Shown here in pieces: positions 25,237-32,000 of a DNA stretch of 32,000 nt. The stretch's first letter is position 1, and each line of letters opens with the position of its first letter. The position numbers and the translations under genes are program-made. A model generated the notes under the pieces. That model was given only the letters and a program-made list of their open reading frames with translations. It searched no databases and had not been told where the DNA came from. The stretch comes from Nonlabens ponticola (GTDB lineage Bacteria; Bacteroidota; Bacteroidia; Flavobacteriales; Flavobacteriaceae): positions 1,680,001-1,712,000 of the forward strand of contig NZ_CP034549.1 in NCBI RefSeq assembly GCF_003966335.1, read 5' to 3'.

Positions 25237-26397
25237 ATGGCAAATAGATCGGTGCAATTTTACGGTGACCTGAATGTGTATGAGGGCAATCTACCTCAGA
25301 TTTATGGCAAGAAATCAAATTTTGCGCGCTTTGATTCATCTTGGCATATTATTGTCACTGATGTGGAAAATAGTACCGCCGTGGTTGCCAGAGGTGACCA
25401 TCAAGCAGTCAATCTTGCAGCTACAGGAAGTATTATTGCCTGCCTTAATATTGCACGTGACCACGGCGTGGATATACCATTTTTCTTTGGCGGTGATGGT
25501 GCGACGATCTTGATACCAGATAGTTTATTATCTGCTTGTTTACATGCACTGACGTTGCATCAAGAACGATGCACAACGGCCTTTGGGTTCTACCTGCGCG
25601 TGGGTCATAGAAGTGTGCAAGAGATGCTGGATCAAGAAGCTACTTTATTCATTTCAAAATACAAGCGCAATGCTTATCATATCATGCCACTGGTTTATGG
25701 TGATGCATTGCATCTCGCCGAAAAACAGATAAAAGGAGCAGAACCTCAAGACCTTAAACTACAACAGCTGCAATCCAGCATGCTCAATCTGGCAGGCATG
25801 GAATGTAAATGGGATGCCGTCTCGCCGCCGCAGGAAGAAGGTGAGGTGATTTCTTTTATTATCAATGCGGTACAAGTCGATTCCCAAAATGCCGTCTATG
25901 CAGATATTCTCGCTGCACTGGATGAAATATATGGTGACGACGCCACTCGCAATCCATTGACCTTGGAACGATTAAAATTGGTCAATAGTTTCAGCAAACT
26001 TAAAACCGAGGTAAAAATGAAATATGCTACCTCCAGTCTGCGTCACAAGCTATCAACGGCCTTGCGGGCAACCTTTGGTAAATATTATTTAAAGCATACA
26101 CGCAAGGGTCGCAATTATCTTAATCAAATGATTCAATTGACAGAGGTGCTGCTTATAGATGGTGCCATAAACACTACCATCAGTGGTACTAGAGCACAAC
26201 GTGAGAAACTGTTATCTATCCTTGACACCATGGAAGATGCTGGTAAGATCCAATATGGATATTATGTGAGCGACAGCAGTATTTTATCCTGTTATGTTAC
26301 GGCACTCGACGACTATCACATCCATTTTCTAGATGGTGGTAATGGTGGATATACTCAAGCAAGCAAGGTTCTTAAAAAGAAGATGGTCGTCGTGTAA
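25237..26397 (+). CDS. DUF3095-like protein with a nucleotidyl-cyclase-like N-terminal domain
   Basis: HIIVTDVENSTAVVARGDH...IPFFFGGDGATILIP resembles the metal-binding (F)TD(I/V)xxST ... GDG arrangement of class III cyclase/GGDEF-fold domains. The family name is recalled from memory. Confidence 0.55.
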   Translation: MANRSVQFYGDLNVYEGNLPQIYGKKSNFARFDSSWHIIVTDVENSTAVVARGDHQAVNLAATGSIIACLNIARDHGVDIPFFFGGDGATILIPDSLLSACLHALTLHQERCTTAFGFYLRVGHRSVQEMLDQEATLFISKYKRNAYHIMPLVYGDALHLAEKQIKGAEPQDLKLQQLQSSMLNLAGMECKWDAVSPPQEEGEVISFIINAVQVDSQNAVYADILAALDEIYGDDATRNPLTLERLKLVNSFSKLKTEVKMKYATSSLRHKLSTALRATFGKYYLKHTRKGRNYLNQMIQLTEVLLIDGAINTTISGTRAQREKLLSILDTMEDAGKIQYGYYVSDSSILSCYVTALDDYHIHFLDGGNGGYTQASKVLKKKMVVV

Positions 26398-26431
26398 TCT
26401 CACTTTTCCCTTAATAGTTTTGAGAAATACA

Positions 26432-26459
26432 AACGGCCGCGATTAATATCGCGGCCGTT
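26432..26459. terminator. GC-rich hairpin between convergent genes (bidirectional terminator candidate)
   Basis: AACGGCCGCGAT (26432-26443), loop TAAT, ATCGCGGCCGTT (26448-26459). Only a weak T-run follows. Confidence 0.6.
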
Positions 26460-26482
26460 AAGTTTTAAATGACATTCTAATT

Positions 26483-27931
26483 CTAATAGTAAGTGTAGCG
26501 ACGCACTTTGGCAATATATTTTGCCAGGCGTATTACTTGATGGCTGTAGCCATACTCATTGTCGTACCATACATAGAGTACGACCTTTTTACCATCTGCA
26601 TTGACGATCGTCGCATTGCTGTCATAAATGGAAGGCGCGTTAGATCCTACTATATCTGTAGAAACAAGTTCATTATCAATACTGTACTTTATTTGCTCAA
26701 CAAGATCGCCTTCTAGTGCATACTTTTTCATTGTGGCGTTGAGCCAATCTTTGCTGGTTGCCGTTTCAAGTTCTAGATTCAATATAGCCAGTGATCCATT
26801 AGGAACAGGAACACGTATGGCATTTGAGGTAAGCTTACCTTCAAAGGATGGTAAGGCCTTACTTACTGCTTTTCCTGCGCCAGTCTCGGTAATGACCATA
26901 TTAAGGGCAGCAGCACGACCACGACGGTACTTGCTGTGCATGTTGTCCACAAGATTCTGATCATTTGTATAAGCATGAATTGTTTCTAGATGACCGTTTA
27001 TCACGCCATAGCTATCCTCAATTGCCTTAAGTACTGGCGTGATAGCATTTGTGGTACAACTTGCGGCACTAAATATATCTACCTTATCTGGATGATGCTC
27101 TGTATGATTGACGCCGTGAACGATGTTGGGAATGTTTTTTCCAGGCGCAGTAAGTAATACTTTATGAGCGCCCTTGGCTTTTAAGTGTCTTTTGAGAGCT
27201 TGATCATCTCTAAAAGCTCCCGTATTATCAATAATCAAAGCATCGTTAATACCGTATGCGGTGTAATCCACATCTTCAGGTGCGTTTGCACTTATCAATC
27301 TTACCGTCGTACCATTAATAATCAACGATTCTTGATCTACACTATAGGAGACCGTACCAGAAAAATCACCGTGAACCGAATCCTGTGCTAGGAGCGAGGC
27401 GCGTTTTTCAAGCACACTCTCGGTTATGATACCTCTGGTAACGATGGCTCGCAATCTCAACTGACTGCCTTTTCCTGCCTTACTCATCAATTCACGAGCC
27501 AGCAATCTACCTATGCGGCCAAAACCGTATAACACCACATCCTTTGGGACTACTTCATCAGACTGTTTTGCATCGCTCAACTTGGCAGATACAAATGCTC
27601 TAGCGTCCTGTAATTCGTTTTCTTCCAGATGATATTCATAGGTCAGTTTCCCTATATCTAGTTTAGCAGGCGGTAGATCCAATGATAGAATTGCCTGTGC
27701 AATTTCTACACTATCAAATATCGAGATAGGCTTTTGCACAAACTCGCCTGCGTACTCATGCAGATTGATAATCTCACTAACATTGCGATCGATCAATTGA
27801 TTGCGGAATAGCACTAACTCAATAGATTTATCATACCATAGATCGCTCACCGCTTTGATAAAAGCAACGGCAGCGCGACGTCTATCGGTTTGAAAGGCTA
27901 ACTCTTTTTCATAGGTATCTACCTGACTCAT
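26483..27931 (-). CDS. gap: Glyceraldehyde-3-phosphate dehydrogenase, long (~480 aa) form
   Basis: NAD-binding VVLYGFGRIGR, active site SAASCTTNAITP, C-terminal WYDNEYGYS. An N-terminal extension of about 125 aa precedes the Rossmann fold. Confidence 0.9.
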   Translation of the reverse strand: MSQVDTYEKELAFQTDRRRAAVAFIKAVSDLWYDKSIELVLFRNQLIDRNVSEIINLHEYAGEFVQKPISIFDSVEIAQAILSLDLPPAKLDIGKLTYEYHLEENELQDARAFVSAKLSDAKQSDEVVPKDVVLYGFGRIGRLLARELMSKAGKGSQLRLRAIVTRGIITESVLEKRASLLAQDSVHGDFSGTVSYSVDQESLIINGTTVRLISANAPEDVDYTAYGINDALIIDNTGAFRDDQALKRHLKAKGAHKVLLTAPGKNIPNIVHGVNHTEHHPDKVDIFSAASCTTNAITPVLKAIEDSYGVINGHLETIHAYTNDQNLVDNMHSKYRRGRAAALNMVITETGAGKAVSKALPSFEGKLTSNAIRVPVPNGSLAILNLELETATSKDWLNATMKKYALEGDLVEQIKYSIDNELVSTDIVGSNAPSIYDSNATIVNADGKKVVLYVWYDNEYGYSHQVIRLAKYIAKVRRYTYY

Positions 27932-27953
27932 GGAAATGGGTTTTTATTTTTTG

Positions 27954-27961
27954 CAAAAATA
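27954..27961 (-). promoter_or_regulatory. Bacteroidota -7 box within TATTTTTGCAAAA (minus strand) for gap
   Basis: The minus strand reads TTTATTTTTGCAAAAAATAAAAACC. The G of the box lies 22 nt upstream of the ATG at 27931. Confidence 0.45.
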
Positions 27962-28044
27962 AATGTTCTACAACGTTTTCGTGATTGTTGTAGAAGATTT
28001 TTAGTTGATAAATTACTATTTAGAGAATTACCATGTTGGTTGTG

Positions 28045-28068
28045 ATTTTGCTTTCGCGAAAGCAAAAT
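28045..28068. repeat. Copy of the palindrome extended to 24 bp (ATTTTGCTTTCGCGAAAGCAAAAT), intergenic
   Basis: Read directly. Lies between the htrA terminator and the gap promoter. Confidence 0.95.
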
Positions 28069-28088
28069 AGCCAGCCACATACCGACAT

Positions 28089-28120
28089 AAAAAAAGCCTG
28101 ATCGATGGATCAGGCTTCTT
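28089..28120 (-). terminator. Rho-independent terminator of htrA
   Basis: AGCCTGATC (28095-28103), loop GATG, GATCAGGCT (28108-28116). A T-run follows on the minus strand (revcomp of aaaaaaa at 28089-28095). Confidence 0.75.
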
Positions 28121-28138
28121 AACAATATTTCATTTCTA

Positions 28139-29551
28139 CTAGTTTGCCGGTAGTCGCAGACGCTCGATTTCTCCATTAGGGCTTTTCATCTCAATATAAA
28201 GCATATCATTTCTCTCTACGCCATTTAATATCTGGCGCACTTCACTCACGCTATTGACGGCGACATTATTTATTTTGGTAATGACAAACTGTGATAACTG
28301 GCTGCTGTATGGCTTCAAATCGCCACGAGCATCCACAATGCGCACACCATTATCTACCTTAAATAGTCTTTTCTCGTCGCTATTGAGGTCTCTCAAATCC
28401 ATCTCCAGACTAGGTATGGTCATGGTGGTATTCTCTGTAATAACAATGTCAAAATCTCTCATGCGATCACCTCGTACGGCCTTGACGCGCACCACATCAC
28501 CTGGATTTTTACTACCTATATAACCTGTGAGATCTGCAAAAGTTCTAGTGCGCACGCCATCGATATTGATGATGATATCGCCTTCTCTCAAACCAGCTTC
28601 CTGTGCGCCACTATCTTCTACCACGCTGCCCACATAGATTCCTTCACTGCGATCCACGCCTAATTCTCTAGCTCGTGCGGTATTGAGATTACTACCTGAA
28701 ATACCTAACATGCCCTTTTGCACAAAACCATACTCCATCAAATCTTCTATAATCTTGCGAGCATTATTTGATGGCACCGCAAAGGAGTAACCAGCATAGG
28801 AACCCGTAGGAGATTGTATCGCCGTATTGATACCTATCAACTCACCACGCGTGTTGACTAGCGCACCACCAGAATTTCCTGGATTCACCGCGGCATCTGT
28901 CTGTATAAAACTTTGTTGCGTGTTATCTCTAGTGTTTAGGTCACGACCCTTGGCACTTACAATACCAGCGGTCACGGTACTTGTCAAATTAAATGGATTA
29001 CCTACTGCAAGTACCCATTCACCAATTTTTGCCTGGTCTGAGTCGCCAAAGGTCACATAAGGCAAATCCTCATCGGTCTCAATTTTTATAAGCGCAATGT
29101 CTGATGATGGCTCAGTTCCTACAACAGTGGCATTATAGGTTCTATTATTATTAAGTGTCACCTGCAACTCGTTGCTGTTGTCAATCACGTGATTGTTAGT
29201 CACGATATAACCATCTGGCGTGATGATCACGCCGCTACCAGTACCTATAGCATATTGAGGCTGGGCAGATCTTCCTTGATAAAAATCACGCAAGGTGATT
29301 TTACTCTTGGACATGGTTAGGTTCTTCACGTGAACCACTGCGTGTACGGTACGCTCTGCAGCTTGAGCAAAATCGTTGTTCATGGGTATGGAGCTACCCG
29401 TATAATTGACTGTGGTTATAGGCAAAGCATTATCACTTTCTACCACTAGTGGCAGTTGAGGTTCATCTTGTTCAACAAAAGTTATGTAGGAGCCCAAAAC
29501 AATGGCGCCACCTAACATGGCTGCTCCGATAGTTTTAAGTGTAGATTTCAT
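28139..29551 (-). CDS. htrA: HtrA/DegP/DegQ-family periplasmic serine endoprotease with two PDZ domains
   Basis: Signal/TM MKSTLKTIGAAMLGGAIVLG. Catalytic triad context: TNNHVI (His), SDIALIK (Asp), GNSGGAL (Ser). PDZ-like segments GIYVGSV...GDIII and VRIVDA... Confidence 0.9.
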   Translation of the reverse strand: MKSTLKTIGAAMLGGAIVLGSYITFVEQDEPQLPLVVESDNALPITTVNYTGSSIPMNNDFAQAAERTVHAVVHVKNLTMSKSKITLRDFYQGRSAQPQYAIGTGSGVIITPDGYIVTNNHVIDNSNELQVTLNNNRTYNATVVGTEPSSDIALIKIETDEDLPYVTFGDSDQAKIGEWVLAVGNPFNLTSTVTAGIVSAKGRDLNTRDNTQQSFIQTDAAVNPGNSGGALVNTRGELIGINTAIQSPTGSYAGYSFAVPSNNARKIIEDLMEYGFVQKGMLGISGSNLNTARARELGVDRSEGIYVGSVVEDSGAQEAGLREGDIIINIDGVRTRTFADLTGYIGSKNPGDVVRVKAVRGDRMRDFDIVITENTTMTIPSLEMDLRDLNSDEKRLFKVDNGVRIVDARGDLKPYSSQLSQFVITKINNVAVNSVSEVRQILNGVERNDMLYIEMKSPNGEIERLRLPAN

Positions 29552-29651
29552 AAATGTTTTAATTTAATTCTCTGTTCAATTTATATAGGAAAAGCAAAAA
29601 TTCCTGTAGGATTTTGACATCATTAACAGGTATAGGTTTAATCTCACGATG

Positions 29652-29659
29652 TACCTTTG
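29652..29659 (+). promoter_or_regulatory. Bacteroidota -7 box (TACCTTTG), 4 nt before the dapF ATG
   Basis: TACCTTTG followed by TGTC then ATG (29664). Confidence 0.4.
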
Positions 29660-29663
29660 TGTC

Positions 29664-30449
29664 ATGTCCAGCATCGTTTTTTTCAAATACCAGGGAACAG
29701 GAAATGACTTTATTCTTGTTGATGATCGTCAAGGTCAATTCTCCAAAAAAGATACCAAACTCATTGCTCGTTTATGCGACCGTAAATTTGGCATAGGTGC
29801 CGATGGACTCATTTGTTTACAGGATCATGACCAGCATGATTTTACCATGCTATACTATAACGCAGATGGTCGCGAGAGTAGTATGTGCGGCAATGGTGGT
29901 AGATGTATCGTGAGCTTTGCGCAGCATTTAGGACTAGTTGAGGATACTGCAATTTTTGAAGCAGTTGATGGAATACACCACGCTCGTTTGTTTGACAACG
30001 GCCAAGTGAGTTTACAAATGAAGGACGTAGATCATGTTAATAAGGTAGGTAACCATTTATTTACTGATACAGGATCACCGCATCACGTGCAGCTTACCGA
30101 TAATGTAGAACATACCGACGTTGTAGCCATGGGTCGAGCACTGCGTCATGATCTATATGGTGAGGCTGGTGCCAATATCAATTTTGTACAGCCGGTAACG
30201 GCGGCGACCTTTAAAGTGCGCACCTATGAGCGTGGAGTAGAGGACGAGACCTTGAGTTGTGGCACTGGTGTTACAGCCGTGGCACTTGCCATGCATGCCA
30301 GCCAGCAAACCACAGCGCATGAAGTCACCTTGCAAACGCCAGGTGGTGAGCTCAGGGTAGAATTTGACATAAATCCTAGTGGCGGTTATCACAACATCTG
30401 GCTCACAGGAGCAGCCACTCAAGTTTTTACAGGAAGTATTGACGTATGA
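29664..30449 (+). CDS. dapF: Diaminopimelate epimerase
   Basis: MSSIVFFKYQGTGNDFILVDD N-terminus. Both catalytic Cys motifs are present: SMCGNGGRC and LSCGTGVTA. The start is set at Met6 of the track ORF. Confidence 0.9.
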   Translation: MSSIVFFKYQGTGNDFILVDDRQGQFSKKDTKLIARLCDRKFGIGADGLICLQDHDQHDFTMLYYNADGRESSMCGNGGRCIVSFAQHLGLVEDTAIFEAVDGIHHARLFDNGQVSLQMKDVDHVNKVGNHLFTDTGSPHHVQLTDNVEHTDVVAMGRALRHDLYGEAGANINFVQPVTAATFKVRTYERGVEDETLSCGTGVTAVALAMHASQQTTAHEVTLQTPGGELRVEFDINPSGGYHNIWLTGAATQVFTGSIDV

Positions 30450-30970
30450 ACGTATTGACGACAGACATATGCAAACTTAGAGCCGTCGATCCAGAAGATC
30501 TTGACTTTATTTATGCCCTTGAAAACAATCCTGATCTTTGGGATGTAGGTCACACGTTGACACCCTATTCAAAATATACTATACGAGAGTATCTAGAGAA
30601 CGCGCATCGTGATATTTATGAAGTAAAACAATTGCGTCTCGCCATTTGCAGGCAAGATGATTCTATTATAGGAGTGGTAGATTTATATGATTTTGATCCC
30701 TATCACAAGCGCGCTGGTGTAGGTATCGTGATTTCTAGCACCATCGACCGATCTAAAGGTTATGCCACGGCAGCGATGCAGCTCATGATCAATTATGCCT
30801 TCAGGCACTTGAGATTACACCAGTTGTATGCTGGTGTCTCAGAGGATAATCTGGCTAGTAGAAAATTATTTGAAAAGTTACGCTTTCGCGAAAGCGGAAT
30901 AAAAAAAGACTGGATTGCTACCGAAACTGGATTCAAGGACGAGATCCACTATCAATTGATCAATGAATAA
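30446..30970 (+). CDS. GNAT-family N-acetyltransferase (RimJ/RimL-like)
   Basis: 174 aa. Acetyl-CoA-binding region RSKGYATAAMQLMINYAF and LFEKLRFRESG. The ATGA start overlaps the dapF stop. Confidence 0.8.
   Translation: MNVLTTDICKLRAVDPEDLDFIYALENNPDLWDVGHTLTPYSKYTIREYLENAHRDIYEVKQLRLAICRQDDSIIGVVDLYDFDPYHKRAGVGIVISSTIDRSKGYATAAMQLMINYAFRHLRLHQLYAGVSEDNLASRKLFEKLRFRESGIKKDWIATETGFKDEIHYQLINE
30881..30896. repeat. Copy of the palindrome (CGCTTTCGCGAAAGCG) inside the GNAT gene, in a different frame
   Basis: Read directly. Encodes KLRFRESGI. The 19 nt at 30881-30899 are identical to 15636-15654. Confidence 0.95.
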
Positions 30971-32000
30971 TTACAAAAAAATCATATTAGGCGTTGTGTT
31001 GTTAGGTCTAGTAGGCATGGCCGTTTTTGCTTACAATGTGTATCAAACATTCTTTGGACCCAATACAAATTTTACCAGCGAGAATTATGAAGTCCTTATA
31101 CCTACTGGTGCCGATTACAATGAGGCATTCCACATTATAGCCGATGCAGTCGAGGATCGTGACGCTTTTCACAATACCGCAGTACGTAAGGGCTATCATA
31201 AAAATGTGAAACCTGGACGTTATTTATTACGGCCTGGAATGAATAATAATGAGATAATCAATACCGTACGCAGTGTAAACGTTCCTGTCAAGTTGCGGTT
31301 CAATAATCAGGAGCGACTTGAGGATCTAGCTGGTAGAATTGCCATGCAGATCGAGCCTGATAGTTTGTCACTGCTCATGGCCATGCAGGACCCGACTTTT
31401 CTCAAGGCTCATGGTTTTACTCGCGAGAATGCGCTTGCCATGTATTTACCCAACCAATATGACACTTATTGGAATAGCAGCGCGACAGAATTTAGAGATA
31501 AAATGCTGCGTCAATATCAAGCTTACTGGAATAGTAACAGATTGCAAAAAGCCGCGCGGCTAGAAATGACACCACAAGAAGTGGTGACTCTGGCTTCTAT
31601 CGTTCATAAGGAAACTGCCAAAGTTGACGAACGGCCGCGCGTCGCTGGTGTTTATATCAATAGGCTAGAAAGTGGTATCAAGCTAGATGCAGATCCAACG
31701 GTAATCTATGCTAAAAAAATGGCTGATAACGATTTTAATCAGGTTATCAAGCGCGTTCTATATAAGGATCTGGTCATAGATCAGCCGTACAATACATACC
31801 GTAATGCTGGATTACCACCAGGCCCTATCGTTACTCCAGATTTAAGCGCTATCGATGCGGTGCTCAATCATGAGGATCATGGGTACTATTTCTTCGTCGC
31901 AGACGTGGAAAACTTTGGTTATCACAAGTTTGCACGCACATTGAGCCAGCATAATGCAAATGCTGCGGCATATCGACGATGGGCAAATGAGCGCAAAATC
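30963..32000 (+). CDS. mltG: Endolytic murein transglycosylase MltG (YceG-like); 346 codons, 3' end beyond the window
   Basis: My own translation from the ATG at 30963: MNNYKKIILGVVLLGLVGMAVFAY (TM anchor) ... ASIVHKETA ... VYINRLESGIKLDADPTVIYA ... YNTYRNAGLPPGPIVTPD ... YYFFVAD ... HKFARTLSQHN. The frame stays open to nt 32000. It overlaps the GNAT stop by 8 nt. It is not in the ORF track because there is no stop codon in the window. Confidence 0.85.
   Translation, partial: MNNYKKIILGVVLLGLVGMAVFAYNVYQTFFGPNTNFTSENYEVLIPTGADYNEAFHIIADAVEDRDAFHNTAVRKGYHKNVKPGRYLLRPGMNNNEIINTVRSVNVPVKLRFNNQERLEDLAGRIAMQIEPDSLSLLMAMQDPTFLKAHGFTRENALAMYLPNQYDTYWNSSATEFRDKMLRQYQAYWNSNRLQKAARLEMTPQEVVTLASIVHKETAKVDERPRVAGVYINRLESGIKLDADPTVIYAKKMADNDFNQVIKRVLYKDLVIDQPYNTYRNAGLPPGPIVTPDLSAIDAVLNHEDHGYYFFVADVENFGYHKFARTLSQHNANAAAYRRWANERKI

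Noticed and set aside
25157-25339. ORF 25157..25339 (-), the 16-codon 5' extension of the nuclease ORF (25113-25160), and ORF 25274..25513 (+)
   Set aside because: The first spans the divergent promoter region and overlaps the DUF3095-like gene. The nuclease signal peptide starts at Met17, with a -7 box at 25131-25138. The third is out of frame within the DUF3095-like gene.
27928-28176. 82-aa ORF 27928..28176 (-)
   Set aside because: It runs through the htrA terminator hairpin, the 24-bp palindrome (read as LLSRKQNH) and the gap promoter. It overlaps both neighbouring genes' ends. It is most likely an artefact of an ORF-free spacer.
5083-30896. Interpreting the GCTTTCGCGAAAGC palindromes as rho-independent terminators or as a CRISPR-like or tandem repeat array
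   Set aside because: Five of the eight copies lie inside ORFs. None is followed by a T-run. Spacing is irregular, from about 300 bp to about 6.5 kb. Genuine terminators with unrelated sequence are present where they are needed.
29614-31563. ORFs 29614..29796 (+), 30153..30422 (-), 31008..31199 (-) and 31339..31563 (+)
   Set aside because: They are out of frame or antisense relative to dapF and to the MltG reading frame (30963..32000), both of which carry strong family signatures.
1-32000. Search by eye for tRNA, rRNA, CRISPR arrays, IS transposases and inverted terminal repeats
   Set aside because: No cloverleaf-compatible segments occur in the intergenic regions. There are no regularly spaced 25-40-nt repeats and no DDE or serine transposase-like ORFs. 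The only recombinase is the tyrosine integrase.

Overview
The window looks like a Bacteroidota (Flavobacteriia-like) chromosome. Evidence: T9SS C-terminal sorting domains, TAnnTTTG -7 promoter boxes, and no obvious Shine-Dalgarno sequences. It has two parts. (1) Positions 1 to about 8770 are AT-rich: I hand-counted about 28% GC in nt 1-60 versus about 48% in nt 9001-9060. All nine genes here are on the minus strand. They form an integrative element abutting the 3' end of mnmE: a Zn-ribbon/HTH protein, a tyrosine integrase, a 444-aa orphan, an HTH_17 protein, a Rep-like protein and another HTH protein. The cargo is a restriction-modification-like operon: a methyltransferase with an N-terminal PD-(D/E)xK-like domain, an HsdS-like specificity subunit, and a translationally coupled ABC/AAA ATPase cut off by the window edge. 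(2) Positions 8776-32000 are core genes: mnmE, S9 peptidase, T9SS cargo protein, Hpt, comM, nitroreductase, DEAD-box helicase, secreted endonuclease I, a DUF3095-like cyclase-fold protein, GAPDH, htrA, dapF, a GNAT and mltG (partial). The most striking unexplained signal is a perfect 14-bp palindrome, GCTTTCGCGAAAGC, present 8 times. Copies lie in intergenic DNA and inside five different genes, four of them in the frame reading AFAKA. I found no rRNA, tRNA, CRISPR array or transposase.
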